A program made the position numbers and the translations under genes. A model generated the notes under the pieces. That model saw nothing but the letters and a program-made list of their open reading frames with translations. It made no database searches and was not told the DNA's origin. From the IMG/VR virus record IMGVR_UViG_3300050156_000143, positions 192,001 to 256,000 of that record: DNA of 64,000 nucleotides. One strand, given 5' to 3'. This document shows, in pieces, positions 38,073-48,264 of this stretch (within the stretch, counting starts at the first letter, position 1; every line of letters starts with the position of its first letter). The DNA is from a virus. Taxonomy: Duplodnaviria > Caudoviricetes.

Positions 38073-39068
38073 TTGCAACATTACAAATTTCCCAGTATTG
38101 AACAATTTCGCCACGCTGTGAAAACGGTGCGCGACCACTGCGCTTATTACAGCCTACCGTTGCCCAGCGTGGATTTCATTGGCACCGTCAAGTTGCACGG
38201 CACGAATGCCAGTGTGGTTTATGATGCGAAAACGGGTGACACCCAGCCCCAATCTCGTGAGCGTATCATCACCATCGGCAACGACAATGCTGGTTTCGCA
38301 TTATCTGCTGCGACCCATGCGGAAAAGTTCTCGACCATGTTTTCCACCTTGCAGCAAAGTGGTCAGCATGATGTGATCGCTATCTACGGGGAATGGTGCG
38401 GACAAGGCATTCAAAAGGGCGTTGCTGTCAGCCAAGTGCAAAAAATGTTTGTTGTCTTTGGGATCAAAATGATTACCAATGGTGACGAAACCTGGATGCC
38501 GATTGATCAAATCAACGAGATCGTGGGAGATTACCCTGGCATTTATTCGATTGGGTCATTCAAGACATACCACCTGACCATCGACTTCTCAAATCCAGAA
38601 CTGTCTCAAAATGAGTTAGTCCGCCTGACCAACGATGTGGAGCAAGAGTGCCCAGTGGGTAAACATTTTGGGGTGTCGGGTGTTGGCGAAGGGATCGTGT
38701 GGTCTTCGACCAATTTCACCAAAAAGCTGGTGTTCAAAGTCAAAGGTGAAAAACACAGTGATAGCAAGGTGAAAACTCTGGCGGAAGTCGATGTGGAGAA
38801 GATGCAATCGATACAGGCATACGCTAATACAGTGGTGACTGACCACCGTCTTGAAAAAATGCTCGCCACACTAATCGAAACGGGTGGGCAAGCCGAACAG
38901 CAGTTCACGAGCGATTTCATCAGGCTGGTATTTGCTGATGTGATCAAAGAAGAATCCGATCGTTTGATTGAAAGCGGCTTCACTTGGAAGCAAGTGTCGC
39001 CAAAAGTGGCAACCAATGCTCGGAACTGGTGGATGAAACGATTGGATGAATTGGCTCGCGCCGCGTAA
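38073..39068 (+). CDS. RNA ligase 2-like protein
   Basis: GTVKLHGTN...YGEWCGQGIQK...GEGIVW...FKVKG; AAGGAG SD, TTG start. Confidence 0.88.
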   Translation: MQHYKFPSIEQFRHAVKTVRDHCAYYSLPLPSVDFIGTVKLHGTNASVVYDAKTGDTQPQSRERIITIGNDNAGFALSAATHAEKFSTMFSTLQQSGQHDVIAIYGEWCGQGIQKGVAVSQVQKMFVVFGIKMITNGDETWMPIDQINEIVGDYPGIYSIGSFKTYHLTIDFSNPELSQNELVRLTNDVEQECPVGKHFGVSGVGEGIVWSSTNFTKKLVFKVKGEKHSDSKVKTLAEVDVEKMQSIQAYANTVVTDHRLEKMLATLIETGGQAEQQFTSDFIRLVFADVIKEESDRLIESGFTWKQVSPKVATNARNWWMKRLDELARAA

Positions 39069-39075
39069 ACCCCTT

Positions 39076-39112
39076 AGTCGCAGTATGGTATTTCACTATG
39101 CTGCGACTTTTT
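39076..39112 (+). terminator. intrinsic terminator after the ligases
   Basis: AGTCGCAGTAT...ATGCTGCGACT followed by TTTT. Confidence 0.7.
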
Positions 39113-39153
39113 GCATATACTTGCGCCATTCGATATCCACCTTGAAAACCACC

Positions 39154-39378
39154 ATGCAAATTTACTATCTGTCATGTTCTGTTGTCAATCCACCAGATTT
39201 TGGTGGGTTTTATTTTTTTGTAAAATCTGGTGGCAATTTTGACGCACAGGAATATGCCGAAGTGTATGGGATTGATCCAGTAGATATTGATGAATCGACC
39301 ATTGGGGCGGTGCGAAACTGGGTTAAGCGCCTGGGTGAAAACGAATGGTTGGCAATTTCTCACCAGTCCCACCAATAA
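39154..39378 (+). CDS. hypothetical protein
   Basis: 74 aa from ATG 39154. Confidence 0.55.
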   Translation: MQIYYLSCSVVNPPDFGGFYFFVKSGGNFDAQEYAEVYGIDPVDIDESTIGAVRNWVKRLGENEWLAISHQSHQ

Positions 39379-39386
39379 TTGGAGAA

Positions 39387-39836
39387 ATGATGTCAAGATT
39401 CTATCGAAAAGATTGTTTGGATAACAATAAACAACACCATCTTTACAAGACTGTTCGCAAGATGGAATATCAGTTGTTGTGTGCTCGGGGTGATGTGTTA
39501 CGAGCACGAAAAGACTTGCGACGACAACTGGAGGCAACATTGGAATGGCACAATCTGCTACAATCCAGCGACTTGACTGCCAACACACAGTTGCATATCA
39601 CAAATAAACGCACGGAACTTGAAAGTTCTACCCGAGCGTTGGTCGAACAATTTGGTCAACTACTGGCTATGGTTAGTGATCTGATGAACACAAATCACCC
39701 GTCCGGGGCATTGTGTTGCCAAATCCGTTCTCTCACTAGTCCCATCAAAGTGCGAGAGGCCTATGATGAAAACATGATCCCAAAACGTGGGCGAACATTT
39801 ACGGACATTTTGTTTTCACCCGGTTTCACCATTTAA
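39387..39836 (+). CDS. hypothetical protein
   Basis: GGAG SD before ATG 39387. Confidence 0.6.
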   Translation: MMSRFYRKDCLDNNKQHHLYKTVRKMEYQLLCARGDVLRARKDLRRQLEATLEWHNLLQSSDLTANTQLHITNKRTELESSTRALVEQFGQLLAMVSDLMNTNHPSGALCCQIRSLTSPIKVREAYDENMIPKRGRTFTDILFSPGFTI

Positions 39837-40363
39837 TGAGAACCATCATGAAATTCATTGTTACTAAATCTGTGTGCGATAGTGAATCTGGCGCAGAATA
39901 CGCCGATATGACGGTGGTTCACACGTTTGATACACGCGTAGAAGCAGAAGCATTTGCCACATCGATGAGAGAATTGGTAGAGCAACTAAGAAAACTGTCA
40001 TGGGACTATGCGTCACTACTGCGAACCTGGCACAGCAAGCCGCAAATCTGGCTCGTTCACCCACCTTGTCCCATTCGCAATGGAGCACTCCGGTCACATC
40101 TAACGGATATTGAACGTGCCGAACACAATGCGTGGCTAGACAAAGTAGCTGCTGCCGAAAAGTCACAACAAAACGGCGCCCATGAGTGGGTAATATCTCA
40201 GTCACCGTTCTCCACATTGGAGCCAATTATGTTGCAGTTTTTCGGCAACAGTGGTGACGTGAAACACGCACTCGACGTAACCTTTCGTGTTACGGAACTA
40301 GACCCACCATCGACGTTAACGTTGGATGACATGTTGTATATGTTGAGGGACAATTATGCTTGA
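39836..40363 (+). CDS. hypothetical protein
   Basis: 175-aa coupled ORF. Confidence 0.6.
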   Translation: MRTIMKFIVTKSVCDSESGAEYADMTVVHTFDTRVEAEAFATSMRELVEQLRKLSWDYASLLRTWHSKPQIWLVHPPCPIRNGALRSHLTDIERAEHNAWLDKVAAAEKSQQNGAHEWVISQSPFSTLEPIMLQFFGNSGDVKHALDVTFRVTELDPPSTLTLDDMLYMLRDNYA

Positions 40364-40577
40364 AAATGAGGTGCAGTTGGTGATGCGGGTTGATTCATCC
40401 CAGACTGACAGTTGCGGATGCGATGAACGGGTAGTTAGCATCCATTCTGACTCATCCGTTGCCAACAGTTTGGTGGAATTTTATAACCACAATTGCAAAA
40501 CCCGTGGAATACATTTTTATGTCAAGGTGATGACATTTGATAAACAATTGTCTATGCGGCAAGCACTGGCCACTTGA
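40356..40577 (+). CDS. hypothetical protein
   Basis: 73-aa coupled ORF. Confidence 0.55.
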   Translation: MLENEVQLVMRVDSSQTDSCGCDERVVSIHSDSSVANSLVEFYNHNCKTRGIHFYVKVMTFDKQLSMRQALAT

Positions 40578-40849
40578 AAGCTGTTGATATGACAAAACAA
40601 GAATTGCTGTATCTTCGTGCAACGTTTAGTTGGGATTTTGGGCAGTTACTGTTCATAGAGACCCAGGTGGGGAATTTTGTCTGGTCTGATCCAGACTACT
40701 ATGGGGACAACACTATTCACCCCACCAGCATGTCTGCTGAACAATTTTGTCGTTATAGTGGCGTGCCATATTTGCGTCACAAGGGCAAATCCACCGTTGC
40801 TGCAAAATGTGGCAACACTTTTATCTACATCGATGAGGAGTTTGTATGA
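40574..40849 (+). CDS. hypothetical protein
   Basis: FIETQVGNFVWSDPDY.GDNTI recurrent phage motif. Confidence 0.7.
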   Translation: MKAVDMTKQELLYLRATFSWDFGQLLFIETQVGNFVWSDPDYYGDNTIHPTSMSAEQFCRYSGVPYLRHKGKSTVAAKCGNTFIYIDEEFV

Positions 40850-41373
40850 GTGTTATCCCGGCAGGTTACCGTATGTTGGTTGTGTCGTGGGAAAACGATG
40901 GCGATCATTATTTGACTCGTACCTTGGAAGGTTTGCGCAAAGATGAAGTCCATTTTTATCTAGATTTGTGCAAACTGTTTAAGTCAGAGAATCAAGTGAA
41001 TGGGACGTTTGGGAATATGTATTGCCCATCAACCTATGAACGCGCTGAAGCAATAAACGCGATGTTCGAGGTCATGCGACAACACAAAAGTTGCGTTCCA
41101 TCCGACTTATATGGCCACCTCATCGATCTCGGAAAAGACGACGATGAATTTGATCCGGTTGAACGAATCGCTGGTGCCTTGGATCACGATGAAGACGGCC
41201 TAGTTCATGAATACAGCATGATCACCGAATGTGATAATTATGCGAGTGACATTGTATTCAAGTTGATTGGCACCAGTGAAGACTATGCCTACCGTGTGTT
41301 TGAACGAGCAACTGTGGAATATTGTCCCGTCCAAGTTGAACTCCAGGATGTAACACACGAGTTCATCAAGTAA
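40846..41373 (+). CDS. hypothetical protein
   Basis: IPAGY...VSWENDGDHY recurrent phage motif. Confidence 0.7.
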   Translation: MSVIPAGYRMLVVSWENDGDHYLTRTLEGLRKDEVHFYLDLCKLFKSENQVNGTFGNMYCPSTYERAEAINAMFEVMRQHKSCVPSDLYGHLIDLGKDDDEFDPVERIAGALDHDEDGLVHEYSMITECDNYASDIVFKLIGTSEDYAYRVFERATVEYCPVQVELQDVTHEFIK

Positions 41374-41391
41374 TTGCATCTTAAATAGCGG

Positions 41392-41781
41392 ATGAAATAT
41401 CGCTGCTATTCACTATACGACATAACCGTCACGGGGGTGAATAATAGGCGGCTACCGCCTCACATCCCAGCGGATCAACTTAGTGGGTGGTATCATTTGC
41501 GCAACACTCAATGCAATTTTGATACCATCGTTCAAGTGTTGGGGTTAAGAACCCAGGTTGAGGTGCTGGGTGATCCAATCAAACTGGATTTTTCCATATT
41601 GGGAAACCCGTGTTGGTCAGTTTTGTTTCAAACTTATCACGAAGGGGTGTACGACACCGATGCTGGAAAATTGACAGCATTGTATTCAGATTGCGAAAAT
41701 GTTCCAATGTTAAAAACTCCGGAAACGGCACATTTAAGTGGATTTCTTTCAACTTCATCCATATTCTTTGAGGAAATATGA
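41392..41781 (+). CDS. conserved hypothetical late protein
   Basis: TAAATA 4 nt upstream; YSLYDITVTGV...RNTQCNFDTIVQVLGLR. Confidence 0.75.
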   Translation: MKYRCYSLYDITVTGVNNRRLPPHIPADQLSGWYHLRNTQCNFDTIVQVLGLRTQVEVLGDPIKLDFSILGNPCWSVLFQTYHEGVYDTDAGKLTALYSDCENVPMLKTPETAHLSGFLSTSSIFFEEI

Positions 41782-42092
41782 CTTTTCATTACACTGAGAC
41801 CGAAAACGGTACTGTACTGCGTGGGCACAATTTGGAAATTACCTTTTCCAACAAGCGGCTGGCTGACATTTGGGTCAATTTAACGAACTCTGGCAAATTT
41901 GCTGAGGCAGATTGTTTTCGCACAGTGGAACGACTGGTGACAGGGTACAAAAATGATGTGGCGATTCAGACATACTTACTAAACAAGACCAATAAGTCTA
42001 TTCATGAAATAAAGTTGGCAGAGTCTGAAAGCAAATACGAAATGAATAGAACACGGTTAGATCAACTAATCGCAAAATACCACCACAACTAA
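41778..42092 (+). CDS. hypothetical protein
   Basis: 104-aa coupled ORF. Confidence 0.65.
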   Translation: MTFHYTETENGTVLRGHNLEITFSNKRLADIWVNLTNSGKFAEADCFRTVERLVTGYKNDVAIQTYLLNKTNKSIHEIKLAESESKYEMNRTRLDQLIAKYHHN

Positions 42093-42099
42093 ATACAAA

Positions 42100-42744
42100 A
42101 TGAAACTTACTGACATGAATTTACCCGCTAAACAAGCTGGGATAAAAACCTTGAGAGAAAATTTTGGAATGGAGTTTGATCCATCGCGCTTGTCCAAGTC
42201 GCAGACAAAGCGTTATTTGACTCAAATTGAGGGCATGATTTCAGAAGCCAAATCTACCCAATCTGTCAACCGTGAAACTAACCCGACTTATCTGAAATTG
42301 AAGGTGATGGAATCGGTGTTATTGGCTCAATTGCGTGAGAAAATTAGTGAACCATATCCAGACATTATCATCGAATCTGATTCGCGTGAATACATCGGAA
42401 AAGCACAAACGGTCATGGCCGTTCAAGATGTATTGGACGAATTGCAGGGCATGATCGTGGATATATCAGATATTACCGTGAAAAAACTGCCGTCCATCGT
42501 TGACACCGCAAAAATGCAAATTGGTGGCACCGAGAGTAACGAGTTCAATACGCAAGCCACTGCTGCGATGCGTACATTGGCTGATGCACTAACCCAAGCA
42601 AAAAGTGATATGCAAGCTGCACTAGACGTCTTGACTGGACAATCACAGCCAGAATTTGATCTCCCCGATGAAGGCCCGGATGATGATTTTGAGGAACCAG
42701 GGCCACCGAAGATGACCAATCCATTGGGGCGAGGCCGCCGATAA
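42100..42744 (+). CDS. probable prohead core/scaffold-type protein
   Basis: TAAATA 4 nt upstream; helical, acidic C-tail ending LGRGRR; IIIES motif. Confidence 0.55.
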   Translation: MKLTDMNLPAKQAGIKTLRENFGMEFDPSRLSKSQTKRYLTQIEGMISEAKSTQSVNRETNPTYLKLKVMESVLLAQLREKISEPYPDIIIESDSREYIGKAQTVMAVQDVLDELQGMIVDISDITVKKLPSIVDTAKMQIGGTESNEFNTQATAAMRTLADALTQAKSDMQAALDVLTGQSQPEFDLPDEGPDDDFEEPGPPKMTNPLGRGRR

Positions 42745-43211
42745 TGCTGCTGCGTGAATTCATCGACAACGATCCGTTGAGGGTAAAACTCATCGCAGTT
42801 GTTAGTCACATCAAGGCAAGAATCGAAGACACTGGTGCAGATGACACCATGAGCGTCGAATCTTTTTTACAACTGTTGCGCAAGCATGGAGTAGCAATCG
42901 ACAAAACCGATTTACGCGATTTAGTTGAAAAGCCACCATTATCGAATATTGTTGGGTCGATTGATGACAACAATATCAGATTTTCTGAAAACGGTGAAGA
43001 CACATTTGATGACTTGACTGACAATATGATGGGCATAAACGACGACGATGAACAAAACTTGGAAGAACCGGGTGAGGACACTTTGGACGACCCGTTGAGC
43101 CAGGATTTGGACATCGATCAATCGCAATATGACCCATCTCAAACTGTCGGTGACTTCAACACCAAAACAGTGGATCAAATGGCCAAACGAGCGGTGAATA
43201 AACGAATTTGA
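42744..43211 (+). CDS. acidic hypothetical late protein
   Basis: MLLREFI N-terminus; ends VDQMAKRA. Confidence 0.7.
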   Translation: MLLREFIDNDPLRVKLIAVVSHIKARIEDTGADDTMSVESFLQLLRKHGVAIDKTDLRDLVEKPPLSNIVGSIDDNNIRFSENGEDTFDDLTDNMMGINDDDEQNLEEPGEDTLDDPLSQDLDIDQSQYDPSQTVGDFNTKTVDQMAKRAVNKRI

Positions 43212-43879
43212 ACTATCTGCCCAATACTTTCAAGTATGAGCCTCTAAGCCGCGAACCCATCAATGGTCAGCGGCTTTATCTTTTGCCTGATGGCTCAAAA
43301 CTCCCTTCCGTGACCACCATTTTAGACAAAACCAAATCACATGATGCCAAACGTAAATTAGAAAATTGGATTACCAAGGTGGGAACAGATCAAGCAGATT
43401 GCATCAAACGTGATGCCAGCGATCGCGGAACCTTGATGCACCGTTATTTGGAACATTATGTCGAGCACGGTGTTATGTACGGTTGCGACCTTAGCCACAA
43501 AATGGCCGAAACAATTGTTCAGAATGGATTTCACCAGATAAGCACTGTGTTTGGACAAGAAGTTCCATTATATTTTCCAGGAATATATGCGGGAACATCG
43601 GACTTGGTGTGTGAGCATGACGGTGAAATCATCATCGGAGACTATAAACAGTCAAATAAACCAAAGAAGCGAGAATGGATTGGCGACTATTTTATGCAAA
43701 TTGCTGCATACGCTGAAGCCCACAACGAAATACATGGCACGAACATATCTCGCGGGGTAATATTTATGTGTACCCCATCGTTGGAATATCAAGAATTCAT
43801 CTTGGAAGGTCGCGGCTTCATCAAATTCAGGAACATGTGGTGGGATAGAGTTACCCGGTACTACCAGAATTTTGCCTAA
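43208..43879 (+). CDS. PD-(D/E)xK exonuclease (Cas4/lambda-exo-like)
   Basis: LPSVTTIL...RGTLMH...YAGTSDLV...IGDYKQS...QIAAYA. Confidence 0.9.
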   Translation: MNYLPNTFKYEPLSREPINGQRLYLLPDGSKLPSVTTILDKTKSHDAKRKLENWITKVGTDQADCIKRDASDRGTLMHRYLEHYVEHGVMYGCDLSHKMAETIVQNGFHQISTVFGQEVPLYFPGIYAGTSDLVCEHDGEIIIGDYKQSNKPKKREWIGDYFMQIAAYAEAHNEIHGTNISRGVIFMCTPSLEYQEFILEGRGFIKFRNMWWDRVTRYYQNFA

Positions 43880-43898
43880 ATAATCCACAGGAATTATT

Positions 43899-46037
43899 AT
43901 GGCCATTGTACAGATTTCAAGAATTCAGCATCGAACTGGGGAGCAAGCCTCGTTGCCACAATTGGCAGTCGGGGAAATAGGGTTTGCCACCGACACCCAG
44001 CGTGTTTTTATTGGGGATGATTTGAGTTTGCACCCACCGGGGTCTGAGCCAGGCAACACAGAGATTTTGACAGAACATTCTGGGGTGGCTTTTAGTCAAA
44101 TTGCTGGAAGTGACAACGACCTATCAATCTCCGACCCAGAAGATGGGCAGATTTTGGCATATGACGCAGCAGACTCGCTATGGAAAAATCAAGGCGGAAC
44201 TGCAACTGGAAATATACACTTAGGCAATATCGCAAATGTGAAATTACTGGGTGGAACGGGCGGAATGATTCCGACCACTGATGGTGATGGTAATTTATCG
44301 TTTACCACAAAAGGTTATGTCGTGAACGATATAACCAATATATCAATCGGTGCTTCCACGGTGGTCACCACGGTGAGAGACCATTTTATGTTGAATGGCT
44401 CTCCCATAACTTTTAGTAATATTGGCGGTGTGGTCGCCACTGGTGATTTGGTAGTCGGCACTGGCACTATCACTACGTCAACCTCCAGCGCGATTGTGGT
44501 TGGGTCGGGAACTTCATTTAGCTCTGACCTGATAGCAAAAACGCTAGTCAATTCGTCGAACACCATCATCGGGATCGTGGTGGCAGTCACTGACGCAACA
44601 CACTTAACGTTAGCGTCCTACGCCTCTTTGGTGGTGTCTGGGGGGGCATTCAAAACCGCACCTTCCACTTTGAATGGCAATTCATATTACGCCAAGGTGG
44701 AAACCAACAACACGTTTGCGATCTACTCTGATAGTGGGTTATCTATACCTTTTGACAGCACTGGCACGTTGAGTTATTTCAGTGGTGGCAGAGTGGTAGC
44801 AAACGTGTTACCAAACAGTTCTGGCACCAGTGCTGGCGGAACTGATAAGCAAGTACAGTTCAATCAAAGTGGAGTTTTGGCAGGTGCGTCTGGCTTCTCG
44901 TACTCCACCTCCGCACAAACACTTTCTGCCCCCAAATTTTCAGGAAACGGTGCTGCCATCACTGGCGTACAGGCAACCAATTTGGTTGGCACTGTTCCCG
45001 CTGCAAGATTGTCAGGTACTTATGCCATCAACATCAATGGAAACGCAACCAACGCGAATGCGGTTTCCTTGACCAACACAGATGAAGTCAATTTGGGTTA
45101 TGGGTATAGTGGCGGATCGTTGCAGGTGAATTACCGGGGTGCCAATGGAGCCATCACAGAGTACGGGTTTTTCAATGGGTTAAACAGTGGCACTTACGCT
45201 AACATCAGAGCGTTAACTTTCACTGGGTCTGGTTCGGGGCTAACCAATCTTCCTGCCACGAGTTTAACCGGAACAATCAATTCCGCAAGACTGTCTGGCA
45301 CATACACGATTAACATATCAGGTAGTGCAACAACTGCTGGATCATCCACCACTGCCACCACGGCTGGCACAGTGACCACCGCAGCTCAACCTAATATCAC
45401 GTCTGTTGGGACATTATCCAGTTTAACGGTTGGTGGCTCGGTAAGTGCATCATCTTTTGCTGGAAATGGAGCCAATCTGACGAATATCACTGGCGTAAAT
45501 GTGGTGGGCGCAGTTCCACTAGCAAGTCAATTGGCATCAAATCGCACCATAAATGGAGTAGTGTTTAACAATACTGCCAACATAGATGTAACCGATTCCA
45601 CCAAGGTGGCGAAAACGGGTGATTCCATGAGTGGGTTTTTGACGTTGTTGTCGTCAAATCCAACCGCAAATTACCACGCCGTACCAAAAATATACAGTGA
45701 CTCCACATTGGTTTCAGCAATTGCAGCAATAAAAGCAAACACCGCATTCAGTGCAACGTCGCCAGGTTACGTGAAGTTGCCATCATGGCTTGGAGGATTC
45801 ATCGTACAATGGGGAACCGTGACTGACACCTATATTGGCACTAAACAATATTTTCCGCTACCATACACGTCCGGGGTGTATTCTTTCATGACGTCAAATA
45901 CCACCGCACAAGGGGGCGGGGTCGATAACGCATATGGATATTCGGATGGGCTAGATGGATTTAGAGTTGGCACTAAAGGCAACAATGGAGACATCGATTC
46001 AAACTACCCAGTGACATGGTTAGCAATCGGTGTTTAA
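43899..46037 (+). CDS. tail fibre / receptor-binding protein
   Basis: N-terminal ISRIQHRTG...LPQLAVGEIGFATDTQRVFIG; G/S/T-rich repeats; C-terminal GYVKLP..GFIVQWG...WLAIG. Confidence 0.88.
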   Translation: MAIVQISRIQHRTGEQASLPQLAVGEIGFATDTQRVFIGDDLSLHPPGSEPGNTEILTEHSGVAFSQIAGSDNDLSISDPEDGQILAYDAADSLWKNQGGTATGNIHLGNIANVKLLGGTGGMIPTTDGDGNLSFTTKGYVVNDITNISIGASTVVTTVRDHFMLNGSPITFSNIGGVVATGDLVVGTGTITTSTSSAIVVGSGTSFSSDLIAKTLVNSSNTIIGIVVAVTDATHLTLASYASLVVSGGAFKTAPSTLNGNSYYAKVETNNTFAIYSDSGLSIPFDSTGTLSYFSGGRVVANVLPNSSGTSAGGTDKQVQFNQSGVLAGASGFSYSTSAQTLSAPKFSGNGAAITGVQATNLVGTVPAARLSGTYAININGNATNANAVSLTNTDEVNLGYGYSGGSLQVNYRGANGAITEYGFFNGLNSGTYANIRALTFTGSGSGLTNLPATSLTGTINSARLSGTYTINISGSATTAGSSTTATTAGTVTTAAQPNITSVGTLSSLTVGGSVSASSFAGNGANLTNITGVNVVGAVPLASQLASNRTINGVVFNNTANIDVTDSTKVAKTGDSMSGFLTLLSSNPTANYHAVPKIYSDSTLVSAIAAIKANTAFSATSPGYVKLPSWLGGFIVQWGTVTDTYIGTKQYFPLPYTSGVYSFMTSNTTAQGGGVDNAYGYSDGLDGFRVGTKGNNGDIDSNYPVTWLAIGV

Positions 46038-46101
46038 AGTGCGATTCCCTAAATACCCATGATCGCATTCGTTGCGTGACCTAGAACGTCAGGAGAATAT
46101 T

Positions 46102-46524
46102 ATGGGTCGTCCGTTAAAAATCGCAAAAGCTGGAACCATCGATTATGGGTACAGTAACGTATATGGTGTAGTTGGTGGAGATACTGGGTTAACCTCGGCC
46201 ACCATTCAATGTCGTGTCAAAATTGGAAGCAAGTCTGAAGCAAATGGGTTTATCGTGAAGCAAAAGGGTAAACGCAAATTTTTGGTCAGTGATGGCACCA
46301 ACACTGGGGTGTGTTTGCTGTCAGATTTGGCAAACTCTGCATTGACCGCTGACACCATGACAGTGACCGCCACATTGGTGGACACTTCTACTGTGCGCTT
46401 GGCGCATTTCACCAACACGCATGGCACCGATTTCTCAAATGTGCGTTATATTCTGACTTTCGGTGTTGCAAGTGCTGCCCCAGCAGGTTCTGGCTACGCT
46501 GTTGCAACCGTGACGTCAGCATAA
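46102..46524 (+). CDS. probable virion structural protein
   Basis: TAAATA 46050-46055, AGGAG SD; MGRPLK...FIVKQKGKRKFLV. Confidence 0.65.
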   Translation: MGRPLKIAKAGTIDYGYSNVYGVVGGDTGLTSATIQCRVKIGSKSEANGFIVKQKGKRKFLVSDGTNTGVCLLSDLANSALTADTMTVTATLVDTSTVRLAHFTNTHGTDFSNVRYILTFGVASAAPAGSGYAVATVTSA

Positions 46525-46923
46525 TGAAACGAGTGCAGCCATCTTGGTCTGCACGGTTTCTAGGTTTAGCGTAGAAAACAAACCTGGATGCAATGGGGAT
46601 GGATATACATCATGTTGCATCCAACAATACGCACAGTGTTCATTGTTCAATTTGGGCACAAATTCCGCGTCTACTGGGTGAAATAAGGTGTGGTACGTGA
46701 AGTCAGAATTGGTAAATTTTTGTATGGGGATAAGTTTGCCCTCTAATTTTATCCCAAGTTCTTCGTTACATTCCCGCTTGATCGCATCCGATAGTGTTTC
46801 ACCTTGTTCAAATTTGCCCCCAGGGATGCCCCAAGTGCCAGCAGTGCGAGCTTCAGTACGCATCACATAAAGTATGCGTTTAGTCTGCTTTGAAAAGATA
46901 AAAACACCCACCGAAACTCTCAT
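46516..46923 (-). CDS. NUDIX hydrolase
   Basis: GGKFEQGETLSDAIKRECNEELG Nudix box; PKLNNEH. Confidence 0.92.
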   Translation of the reverse strand: MRVSVGVFIFSKQTKRILYVMRTEARTAGTWGIPGGKFEQGETLSDAIKRECNEELGIKLEGKLIPIQKFTNSDFTYHTLFHPVDAEFVPKLNNEHCAYCWMQHDVYPSPLHPGLFSTLNLETVQTKMAALVSLC

Positions 46924-48263
46924 AGCACAATACTATAGCTCCCCTCTGGATAATATCCCTCCCACGCTTTAGTCCATTCACTGTTATAGTAACGGTATTG
47001 AACACCTGATGTAAGGTTGGTGACATATTGCGCAGACGTTGCAGCCACACTATCGAAGGCCACGCTCCAAGCTGAACCATTGTATTGAATAACATCATTC
47101 ACGTTGGCTAAAATATTTCCCCAAACCGGGTTTTCGCCCATGTCGCTCAAAATGAGATACCGCTGTCCTGTAACTGGTGCTGGAAGACCATGTCCTGGCC
47201 ATTTGACCATAGGATCAATTATCATATTGATCGCCGTCAATGTGTTTTGTGGCAGAGTGTCGGTGTCTATCGTGTAAGTCAATAGTCGCTCGTCCGCATC
47301 ATCAAAATCTATAGTTCCAACGATCTCACTCCCAGTGTGTGGATTTTCTATCCAAATTTGCGAAATACCGGGACGAACCACTCCATACTCGATCAATACC
47401 TGACGCCAATCCACGTTAGAATTATTTTGGGATGGCAAGTCCAACGATTCGGCAGTTGGCATCTGTTGTGGTATTAACTGTAGACTATCTCCCAATAACA
47501 ATATTTTATACCCATATGGAGTAATCTTTTGGCGAGTGCCCAACAGCAAATCATCGTCTTGCATATCAGAGAAAGTATTTCCATCGAAAATACTAGCCAC
47601 GATCTTGTGAATAATTCCCAGCTTTTTCAATTTTGCTGGTGACGATATCCAAATCGGCATATAAAATTTCCATGACATGATGTCGATATTATTGCCGTTA
47701 CCTTGTGGAATCGATCTGGAAGTATAGGTTATCCCGTCTTGATAAACCACAGACAATGAAGTCCAGTCAAAGTAATTATCGGAAGACTGTATTTCCAAGC
47801 TGGGGTTAAACAGGACACCAAGTTGTTCGATTAGTTGGAGTTTTTGCTCCGTGTTTGAAGTCCAAATATCCACTGAAATTCTCAGTGTATACGGCACAGG
47901 CATGATTCGTTCTAACGTGAACGCATCACCCTGAGCTTGCTCATATTCTCCAGTGATGGAATTGTATTTGCGTTGACGTATTGTTTTCACATCTACGAAA
48001 TACGGGTCTTGTGTGCGTTTTTGATCATATTCCAGCCCATTGATGTAATAGGTAATCATTGGGGCCGAGTTCATGGATGAGGCAGAATTGTTATTCAACG
48101 CTGCTAAACCTTGGCGAGAAACGTCGCTATATTGTACCGGAACCCTGACTAAAATGTCATTGCCAGCTTGGTCAACGCCCTTGACCACTTGCCAATTAGA
48201 AAATATTTTGGCAAATTGAATCAAAAATCTGCGAATTTGCTTGTCGTAAAAAAATGCTGCCAT
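46920..48263 (-). CDS. tail sheath stabiliser/completion protein (T4 gp15-like)
   Basis: FFYDKQIRRFLIQF...RIMPVPY.L...KLQLIEQL..LFNP. Confidence 0.8.
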   Translation of the reverse strand: MAAFFYDKQIRRFLIQFAKIFSNWQVVKGVDQAGNDILVRVPVQYSDVSRQGLAALNNNSASSMNSAPMITYYINGLEYDQKRTQDPYFVDVKTIRQRKYNSITGEYEQAQGDAFTLERIMPVPYTLRISVDIWTSNTEQKLQLIEQLGVLFNPSLEIQSSDNYFDWTSLSVVYQDGITYTSRSIPQGNGNNIDIMSWKFYMPIWISSPAKLKKLGIIHKIVASIFDGNTFSDMQDDDLLLGTRQKITPYGYKILLLGDSLQLIPQQMPTAESLDLPSQNNSNVDWRQVLIEYGVVRPGISQIWIENPHTGSEIVGTIDFDDADERLLTYTIDTDTLPQNTLTAINMIIDPMVKWPGHGLPAPVTGQRYLILSDMGENPVWGNILANVNDVIQYNGSAWSVAFDSVAATSAQYVTNLTSGVQYRYYNSEWTKAWEGYYPEGSYSIVL

Positions 48264-48264
48264 A

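Noticed and set aside
43208-43879. Cas4 implying a CRISPR adaptation module
   Set aside because: No Fe-S cysteines, cas1/cas2 or array; typical stand-alone phage exonuclease
43899-46037. Diversity-generating retroelement target (Mtd-like N-terminus on the tail fibre)
   Set aside because: No template repeat of the C-terminus and no reverse transcriptase in the window; the C-terminus is the ordinary GYVKLP/QWG type
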